From the IMG/VR virus record IMGVR_UViG_3300021958_009066: a DNA stretch of 64,000 nucleotides; one strand, given 5' to 3'. Below, piece after piece: positions 57,305 to 64,000 of the stretch. The stretch comes from an uncultured virus (IMG/VR IMGVR_UViG_3300021958_009066) (taxonomy: Duplodnaviria > Heunggongvirae > Uroviricota > Caudoviricetes). The position numbers and the translations under genes are program-made. The notes under the pieces are model-generated. The model was not told the origin of the DNA. It ran no database searches and was given only the letters and a program-made list of their open reading frames with translations. Every line of letters starts with the position of its first letter. Position 1 is the stretch's first letter.

Positions 57305-58147
57305 TTAACCTATAGTAGATATTTTTCCAACCGGTGTATCGTTTTCACCAACCCGGCCGCTTGTTCTCTGACTTGGTGTCGGTCGAATTGATGCGCTTTC
57401 TGCATGGGCCTTGTAAAGATCACTTACATTTTCAAACCTTACATCAGTAACGTCATATTTTGAATAAATCCAGTTTGTAGTAAAGAAAGTATCGGACGAT
57501 GCCCAGGAACCATCATGAGCATACCGCTGAGTGGTTAAGTCTGTTGGTACACAATCATGAAAGCACCAAATTTTTCTGTATATAGGGTCTGTACCGGGAC
57601 CTACCTTGCCTAGTTGAAAAAAGTATAGCTTTGTTTTAACATTCCTAGGGTCTCCCACAGGTCGTGCGATCAATCCGAACTTAGCAACTGCTTCAATCCA
57701 TGGTCTGATTATAAACTCACTAATAGAGCTGTGAGTTTCTCTAAACTCAACCCTTAGATTATTCTCTTCATTTATATTGTTTGCTACGAGCCCTGGATAG
57801 TAACCACCTAGTCTTACTTCATCTCTTCCGGCCATTACTGAGATTGTTGGTTGTTCAACACTATGTGCCATCATACAACCTATTTTTTCTGTCATACTAG
57901 ATATCAAATTTGTTTGATTAGATACTAATTGATCGTATTGATTAGGGCCTTCTCTATTTAATATATTTTCCCGGCCCAGGCCTTTGAGACCTTTTGGTAC
58001 ATGAGATATTACAATGAACCACATTGTCGGATTAACTAGAACAGTGCTCCAGTTATGCATCAACAATTCTTCAAATTTATTGAACCTTTTTGCACCTTCA
58101 CTTGTACCAGAAGCGTAGCTAAAAGGAAATTTTATATGATCGGTCAC
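57305..58147 (-). CDS. Tail tube-fold baseplate protein (gp54-like)
   Basis: L.VEFRET...IIRPW, W.F.DC.P, W.Y..Y; directly after the tube gene. Confidence 0.65.
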   Translation of the reverse strand: MTDHIKFPFSYASGTSEGAKRFNKFEELLMHNWSTVLVNPTMWFIVISHVPKGLKGLGRENILNREGPNQYDQLVSNQTNLISSMTEKIGCMMAHSVEQPTISVMAGRDEVRLGGYYPGLVANNINEENNLRVEFRETHSSISEFIIRPWIEAVAKFGLIARPVGDPRNVKTKLYFFQLGKVGPGTDPIYRKIWCFHDCVPTDLTTQRYAHDGSWASSDTFFTTNWIYSKYDVTDVRFENVSDLYKAHAESASIRPTPSQRTSGRVGENDTPVGKISTIG

Positions 58148-58182
58148 GTAATTATTTAATCAGGTAGTTTAGTTATGTAAAC

Positions 58183-58214
58183 AAAAAAAGACCGCCCTTA
58201 AGAGCGGTCTTTTT
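58183..58214. terminator. Bidirectional rho-independent terminator after the tail tube gene
   Basis: AAAAAAAGACCGC-CCTTAAGA-GCGGTCTTTTT. Confidence 0.88.
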
Positions 58215-58236
58215 ATTGAGAATATTGATACGACTA

Positions 58237-58899
58237 TTACAGTCCGGTTTCAGCGTTCGCACTACCTCCGTAAGTGTTAGCGGAGTTTTGTACTCCACCA
58301 CCATCTGATGGATCCGCAACAATAGAGCGGTTATTGAAGGCGTTAGAACCTTGACGACTCCAGTAGTGGTATGCTAATGTTACCTGACATTTGACAATAT
58401 CACCGTCAGAACCAACATTGTACTCGAGTGATCCTACTTCTGTAGGATATATACCCCATAGTACATATTGAGCGTGAGATGCCCCCATTTGGTCGAACAA
58501 ACTTAACACCATGTATGCATCATTACTACGTACGATACTACCTGCTGTTGTACGGTCATCAAACACTGCTGTATTCCAGTCTTCGAATATCCGTCGGATG
58601 TTCAATTGTTGGTCTAGTCTAAACGTCACGTTCCATGCATTACTACCGGGATACTTTGCGTTACCTGGTAAGTTGAAATCAACACCGTGAAAATTTACAG
58701 GTACGTTGTTGACGCTTCTAGCTGGGAGAGTTGTACTCTCAACTAAAAGCTTGTTTTCAACATCGTTTATACCTGCTGGTACATCGGCGCCGAATCCAGT
58801 GCTTATACTTGTAACACGGAATTGGTGTTGTCTAGCTACTTCACGGACAATAAGATTGTCGTAAAAGTGTTCAATATCATAATCTGTTATATCTGCCAT
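58237..58899 (-). CDS. gp19: Tail tube protein (T4 gp19-like)
   Basis: AR...FRV, TLP.R....V.F.G....PG, W.VTF..D...IR..FEDW, G.YPT.VG, VTLAYHYW; SD AGGAG. Confidence 0.92.
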   Translation of the reverse strand: MADITDYDIEHFYDNLIVREVARQHQFRVTSISTGFGADVPAGINDVENKLLVESTTLPARSVNNVPVNFHGVDFNLPGNAKYPGSNAWNVTFRLDQQLNIRRIFEDWNTAVFDDRTTAGSIVRSNDAYMVLSLFDQMGASHAQYVLWGIYPTEVGSLEYNVGSDGDIVKCQVTLAYHYWSRQGSNAFNNRSIVADPSDGGGVQNSANTYGGSANAETGL

Positions 58900-58918
58900 A
58901 TCTGTTTTCTCCTAAAAT

Positions 58919-58924
58919 TATTTA
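58919..58924 (-). promoter_or_regulatory. Late promoter TAAATA with leader and SD (tail tube)
   Basis: TAAATA-ATTTT-AGGAG-9 nt-ATG. Confidence 0.65.
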
Positions 58925-58937
58925 GTCTCTAGTCTCC

Positions 58938-61652
58938 TTATCCAACCAATTCACCGAAGTTTTGGTCTGTTCTGGTTGCGTAAAAGTTAACAAGTATGAA
59001 CTCTGCTACTCTTACTGGTTTGATGTATATATCAACAACCATTTCGTTATTATCAACAACGGCTGGTGGATTGTTTCGTTCGTCACATACTATGAGATAG
59101 TCGTAACAACCTTGAGTACTCTTGACTCGTTGGAATATAGGTGTGAGAACTGCCAATATATTCTGACGGGTACTAAATGTATTTGGTTCAAATACAAAAT
59201 ACTTAAGTGTCTTACGTGTAGCTTTCTCTAAGTACAAGAACATACGACGTACATTGATTCTATCAAACGCACTAGGTTTAGCTTGTAATGTCTTTTGACC
59301 AAATATTACGTATCCATCGCCTGGGAACCACGCTATAGGATTGACTCCAATTTTGTAAAACTGGTCACGTTGTTTTTGATTTGGTCGTAGTGCAATTTCC
59401 AATGCATTTGTTATTAAGCCTCTGGTGAAACCAGCTGGTGCAAACCATGGCTGATAAACTGAGTCGTTTGTAGCAAATGACGCTGCGACAACACCACTAG
59501 GCGGAGCCCAGAAGTTTTTATCTTGAGTTTGGTCATATTGCTTCACCCAGGTACCATAAGTTGCAGCATAGTTTGTGTTCACCACGCTCATCAAATGTTT
59601 CATTGGATAAAAGATGTGTTGACTGAAGTTCTTGGTTGTGTCTTTGGAAGCAACACCGTTTCTACCTTGTACAAAGATGTGACGTAATGGGTCAATCAAT
59701 GTAATGTGGTCTTTTCTACGGTCTTGTGCAAAGATTACCAATGAATCTACACATGATTTCCAATTGTTGATCACTTCTTGACCGGTCCAAGTTGGATTAC
59801 CTTGCATATCTACCCAATCAGCTGCAGCACCGGTGCTGTTACCAATTGTATTGGAGAACAATCCGGATGTGTCCATCACTGCGTCATCATCATATGCAAC
59901 AATGATGTCTGTATTTGTTGGATACCAGTCACCTAACAAACCAGCGTCATAATCTTCTTTCAAAGTTTTAGCATTGTTTGTATTGTAACCTTCTATAGTT
60001 CCAGTACCTCCAGTTAAGTCATTACCAGCTCCGTCTAACCAGTCTTGTAAAGCTTCATACTTTCTCCTTTCTTGTACGTATTTAACGTATGTTGAGATAG
60101 AAGTTAAGCCGGCATCACATGTGATGTCGATATCCCACTCATCAAGATTGGACAATTTGTCGAAGTTACGTTGAATTTTAGCATTGACACTACCAATACT
60201 CTTTTTAGAACTTGCAGGTACCTCTTCTTGGTAACTTCCAGTGGCCCAAACATACTTTTGAGCTTCAGGGTGGAACTTAATTGTAGTGTTAGGTACTAAT
60301 GGGTTTTCAACATCTGTTAAGAATGTACCAGTGTTTTCTGATATAAACTTGTTAGCAAACACGGTAAGTACTGAACTATTAGCATCAACTGTTTCGATGT
60401 AGAAGCTCTTTGGCTTACCACCTGAAATATTAGCTGTTTGCTTGTAAGCGTCCATACTTCCAATGTGTCCCTCTTCAAGACTGAAGTCCAACATGGTTGT
60501 GTCAGTTGCATAGATACTTTTTCTTAATTTAAATACACCGAGACCAATAACGTCACGATTTTCGTCGTTAGCAATATCATAGTTTGGTGTGTTTTCAAAC
60601 ACTTCACTCATACTTCCTCCAGCACCAGTTACTGTATGGGCTGTAGTTTTGAAGTTTTGACGTACAACAGGTACGTCGAAATAAGTTCCTTGGATACCAA
60701 ATGTTTTACAACCTTCAATAGCGTCAAAGAAGTTAGTTTCGTTGTTTGTACCGTCATTGATGGCGAACTGCATGTTGTCACCAAACGCTAAGTAATAACC
60801 TTCGAAGTATGTATTGACTGTGGTCTGTGCTTTGTTAACAATGAACATTCCAGCGTACTTGGCACGTTTCACGAAAGCACGAAGCTTGCGTTTGCCAGCA
60901 GTATTTTTCACCGGGTCGTAATCATCATAATTTGCTGGATCAATACCAGGTACATCTTTGTTGTAATAAGCTGGTAAATCATCAAATCTACATGCCTTTT
61001 GTTGTTCAGCACCTACATTATCAAAAATTGGGTTGTCATAATCAACAGTACCGTCTGAATCTTTCAATGGTACCAAGCAATTCTCTTCAAACGAAATTTC
61101 ACCGTTTTTAACAGCTTGATACTCTTCTGGTAACAGATCCATACGTACTGGTGTACCAAACATTAACACTGTACTGTCTGAAATACTACCAAGCTTGCTG
61201 CTAGCCTCAGTTGCACTGATCATTCCGTCACCGTCAGGAGCGGATGGGTCTTGGCCTTGGCCAGTAAGCGCGCTTTTGTCTGTTAAATAACTTCCGGACA
61301 ACGGATCAGCATAATGGTCATCACCGCTAACAGGTAAGCAAAGAGCACTGAATAGCTCGTCGGTGAAACCTTCACCTTTTTGATTACCATAAGGTAAGCG
61401 GTTGACCAACACATTCGCAGGGCTGTTGAAAGCTGATTTTACTGTATGATAAAAATATCTTTCAGCTGCGTTAGTGGGGGTTCCGTATATTGTCTCGAAT
61501 TCTGAGAAAGTAGTTACGATCAACGTTTCATCGGTTGGACCATTCGCGGAGAATCCTTGAATGAGCACATTTGTTCCGATTGGAAACGATGTACGTGAGC
61601 TAAGATCGATCTCATTAATTTCTACACCAGGGGATTGAATTGTTCTTGCCAT
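58938..61652 (-). CDS. gp18: Tail sheath protein (T4 gp18-like)
   Basis: SPGVEINEIDLS, PWFAPAG.TRG, GQKTL...SAFDRINVRR.F, FEPN, V.DE.NN, IKP....EFI..NF.ATRT. Confidence 0.97.
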   Translation of the reverse strand: MARTIQSPGVEINEIDLSSRTSFPIGTNVLIQGFSANGPTDETLIVTTFSEFETIYGTPTNAAERYFYHTVKSAFNSPANVLVNRLPYGNQKGEGFTDELFSALCLPVSGDDHYADPLSGSYLTDKSALTGQGQDPSAPDGDGMISATEASSKLGSISDSTVLMFGTPVRMDLLPEEYQAVKNGEISFEENCLVPLKDSDGTVDYDNPIFDNVGAEQQKACRFDDLPAYYNKDVPGIDPANYDDYDPVKNTAGKRKLRAFVKRAKYAGMFIVNKAQTTVNTYFEGYYLAFGDNMQFAINDGTNNETNFFDAIEGCKTFGIQGTYFDVPVVRQNFKTTAHTVTGAGGSMSEVFENTPNYDIANDENRDVIGLGVFKLRKSIYATDTTMLDFSLEEGHIGSMDAYKQTANISGGKPKSFYIETVDANSSVLTVFANKFISENTGTFLTDVENPLVPNTTIKFHPEAQKYVWATGSYQEEVPASSKKSIGSVNAKIQRNFDKLSNLDEWDIDITCDAGLTSISTYVKYVQERRKYEALQDWLDGAGNDLTGGTGTIEGYNTNNAKTLKEDYDAGLLGDWYPTNTDIIVAYDDDAVMDTSGLFSNTIGNSTGAAADWVDMQGNPTWTGQEVINNWKSCVDSLVIFAQDRRKDHITLIDPLRHIFVQGRNGVASKDTTKNFSQHIFYPMKHLMSVVNTNYAATYGTWVKQYDQTQDKNFWAPPSGVVAASFATNDSVYQPWFAPAGFTRGLITNALEIALRPNQKQRDQFYKIGVNPIAWFPGDGYVIFGQKTLQAKPSAFDRINVRRMFLYLEKATRKTLKYFVFEPNTFSTRQNILAVLTPIFQRVKSTQGCYDYLIVCDERNNPPAVVDNNEMVVDIYIKPVRVAEFILVNFYATRTDQNFGELVG

Positions 61653-61672
61653 AATAAATTTTCCTTCCTAAG

Positions 61673-61678
61673 TATTTA
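61673..61678 (-). promoter_or_regulatory. Late promoter TAAATA with leader and SD (tail sheath)
   Basis: TAAATA-CTT-AGGAAGGA-...-ATG. Confidence 0.65.
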
Positions 61679-61707
61679 GTCAGCTCCATGTCAATTTTTT
61701 CTGGATT

Positions 61708-62283
61708 TCAGACTATTTTAACTTTTAATTGGTGAAATCTAAATTTGAAGCTGCTCTCTATTTCGTTTGTTTCTTGATAATTGTATGATATACTGCCAAT
61801 TTCTTGTGGTACGCAGTTTGTAAAAGTATATTCTATCACGTTCTCATTATATTCATCCAGTCCTGTTACTTTGATGTTTGTAGTCCATTGATCTATTGGC
61901 TGGCTAGAGCCTTTCGCTTTGATCATATGGCCGGTTTCTTCATCATGTAATAAATTTAACCATGTGTATAATAACCAATAGTTAGCATACATATTATCTA
62001 CAACAAATTTAACTTCTACTGGATCAAATGCAGTTCTAGCCATACTACTTATACGTGGGGTTTGACCACCATACTTCAAGTCTACAGGTTCAACGGCTAT
62101 TGTGGGTATGTTGATCGCGTATATGCTAAAGTTTATACTATCCTTATCTACATACTCTGTTGACCTTATTATTCTAGTGTCTTTGTTTCTTAACACCGGT
62201 GGTAATGGCACAACAATCCGGAATTTGTCTGTTCTAGCTTTGTTTAGATACGATTGTCTAACTTCTTTTTTGAGCTCTGCCAT
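61708..62283 (-). CDS. Tail completion/tube terminator (T4 gp3-like)
   Basis: NIP.I, FD...V.F.VD..YANY..LY.WL, F.NC.P..I..I.Y, F.F. Confidence 0.75.
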   Translation of the reverse strand: MAELKKEVRQSYLNKARTDKFRIVVPLPPVLRNKDTRIIRSTEYVDKDSINFSIYAINIPTIAVEPVDLKYGGQTPRISSMARTAFDPVEVKFVVDNMYANYWLLYTWLNLLHDEETGHMIKAKGSSQPIDQWTTNIKVTGLDEYNENVIEYTFTNCVPQEIGSISYNYQETNEIESSFKFRFHQLKVKIV

Positions 62284-62288
62284 GTACT

Positions 62289-62296
62289 TATTTATA
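62289..62296 (-). promoter_or_regulatory. T4-type late promoter TATAAATA
   Basis: Perfect consensus 5 nt before ATG 62283. Confidence 0.8.
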
Positions 62297-62318
62297 TGCA
62301 GAACGTATATTAATTATG

Positions 62319-63215
62319 TTACCCTGTAGAGAGGTTTTTTACAACTTTGTTGACTAAGCTCCACATCTTGTAATTACTTGTAAAACTAACCCCTTCATAG
62401 GGCTTTGTGAAATAGTTATTTACCGTGTCGTAATTTTGTTTAGTTTCATTATATATCATAGATAATACACTACACGAAAATATTTCAACATCTGTATCAT
62501 TATAGATGAACTGTAAGAATGTAAAGAATAAAACTAAAATATCAACCTCTATAAAGTGTTTTGTAAATTTATATTGGTCTAATTTTTGTATAAATGATTG
62601 TGGTGTTATATATGTTAAATTTTCTTTTTTAAATGTAGTACCAGCACTCGTTGTAGGGCTTTCACTGAAAGTTTTACCATATTTTTTAAACCATTCAGCT
62701 GTCTCTCGTTTGCTTAGATGCAAAGCCGGGCGTTTGTACGTATACATATCTATTCCAGCTATATAAATTTTTTTTGGACGGAATAAAAACGCAGAGGTCA
62801 TTAACATTTGTATACCTGTAGTTGGCCATACTGGGTGTTTATCTTCATCCATGAAAGAGCACATTGGGTGAAAATTGTAAACTACAAATTTAGCGAATCT
62901 ATAATATATAAAATGTTTATCTTGCCAAGACCTCTCAACTTTGTCTGTAAAGTTTTTTTCTCCACCCCCTCCGTATGCTTGAGCAAAATATATTGCAAAC
63001 TGTTTCTTGATTTTACTAGGGTCTTTGAAAGCCCAGTTACATCTCAAAAGTCGAGATTCGTTGATTACCGCAATTTGGTCGTCTGTTAGTTCATTTAAAC
63101 TACCACCATTACCCACTACACTTACAGGTATAGTGTTATCTCTACAATGAGCGACGAATCCAGGATCTAGTGATCGATCCTGCCAATCATCTGAGTAATA
63201 TTCCTTACCAGTCAC
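62319..63215 (-). CDS. Sialyltransferase-like protein (GT42/GT29-type motifs)
   Basis: VVGNGGSL, RCN, PTTG..M, IYIAGIDMY, H....D. Confidence 0.65.
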   Translation of the reverse strand: MTGKEYYSDDWQDRSLDPGFVAHCRDNTIPVSVVGNGGSLNELTDDQIAVINESRLLRCNWAFKDPSKIKKQFAIYFAQAYGGGGEKNFTDKVERSWQDKHFIYYRFAKFVVYNFHPMCSFMDEDKHPVWPTTGIQMLMTSAFLFRPKKIYIAGIDMYTYKRPALHLSKRETAEWFKKYGKTFSESPTTSAGTTFKKENLTYITPQSFIQKLDQYKFTKHFIEVDILVLFFTFLQFIYNDTDVEIFSCSVLSMIYNETKQNYDTVNNYFTKPYEGVSFTSNYKMWSLVNKVVKNLSTG

Positions 63216-63261
63216 ATATATAATTTACATTTTTTTTGTTAATTATCAAATTTTATATTTC

Positions 63262-63294
63262 AAAAAAAAACCGCCTAGTGGCGGTTCTTTTTTT
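63262..63294. terminator. Bidirectional rho-independent terminator
   Basis: A-run, AACCGCC-TAGT-GGCGGTT stem, T-run. Confidence 0.88.
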
Positions 63295-63316
63295 GTGATT
63301 TAGTAGTGGTTAAATT

Positions 63317-64000
63317 TTAAGCAAAAGCGTCTTGGTCTCTACCGGTTACACGCCCACCAACTTTATTGTCTTTTCCTGTTAATGTTCCTACTTTATCTCC
63401 AAGGGGTGAAGGCTCTCCTTTGCCACCTTTAAGTTTCCCGTCTCCATGACCGTGTGATGTGGCCCCGGTCTTTCCGCCAACTTTGTTGTTTTTACCTTTT
63501 AAATTTCCTTTGTCTGTGTCAGAGCCTCCAGGTCCAGCATCTCCAAGTTCTTGATGCTCTGGTGCTTCTTGCATCACCTCTTCATCATCGTCTTCTTCGT
63601 CTGAACTATACTCGTCAAGCTCTTCAAAATCTTCTGTGTCTTCGATGTCTTCGATGTCTTCATCGTCACCACCGAGCTGGTCCATTAGAACCTCGTGTAG
63701 TTTTTCTGCTAAATCTCTTGGGAGACTCAAAGTAACTTCATCTGACCCTAATTCATCGTCTTCACCACCTTCGTCGTCTCCTCCGAATGCGTCAAAACCG
63801 GCGCCCATCTCGAGTTCGTCGTCGTCTCCTCCGAGAACCTCTTCATACAGTTTATCAAAAATGCTCTTTTTCTTGCTCATGTCTACATTATTTATACTTT
63901 CGTTTGCAGTTTTCCCGGCTGAGTGTTGATTTTTTTCATCACGAGCTCCAGTACCACCAGCTTCATTAACTTTACCGTCATAATTTTCAGCTGCTTCTGG
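63317..64000 (-). CDS. Acidic low-complexity protein (possible head-internal/core protein), frame open past the window end
   Basis: The frame of 63317..63880 stays open for 40 more codons to 64000; D/E-rich middle, G/K-rich repeats (L.GK.NKVGG twice). Confidence 0.65.
   Translation of the reverse strand, partial: PEAAENYDGKVNEAGGTGARDEKNQHSAGKTANESINNVDMSKKKSIFDKLYEEVLGGDDDELEMGAGFDAFGGDDEGGEDDELGSDEVTLSLPRDLAEKLHEVLMDQLGGDDEDIEDIEDTEDFEELDEYSSDEEDDDEEVMQEAPEHQELGDAGPGGSDTDKGNLKGKNNKVGGKTGATSHGHGDGKLKGGKGEPSPLGDKVGTLTGKDNKVGGRVTGRDQDAFA

Noticed and set aside
1..64000. Stop-codon reassignment, tRNA/rRNA genes, reverse transcriptase/DGR, integrase or transposase
   Set aside because: Conserved genes are intact in the standard code and use TAA, TAG and TGA as stops; intergenic gaps are short and no such motifs were seen by eye.

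Overview
A 64-kb fragment of an AT-rich, T4-like contractile-tailed phage genome, coded mostly on the minus strand in the standard genetic code. It holds the head module (major capsid, scaffold, prohead protease, portal, neck gp13, gp4), baseplate and tail genes (gp6, gp25, gp53, gp26/51, gp19, gp18, gp3-like), a small-terminase candidate, clamp loader, dUTPase, a ClpC-type ATPase and a probable holin/u-spanin pair. Four things stand out. (1) A candidate mucin-like protein O-glycosylation system: a polypeptide-GalNAc-transferase-like enzyme plus GT7-, GT11-, GT23-, GT47-, GT61- and sialyltransferase-like genes, sulfotransferases and methyltransferases. Several lie inside the structural module next to virion proteins with poly-Thr or Thr/Pro-rich tracts. 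(2) A DpdA-like transglycosylase, a PurN-like formyltransferase and a dGTP/dATP diphosphohydrolase-like gene, suggesting 7-deazaguanine DNA modification. (3) Pervasive predicted leaderless transcription, with TAAATA or TATAAT boxes about 5 nt before start codons. (4) Apparent CCGG over-representation. All calls come from motif recognition by eye; no database search was run.
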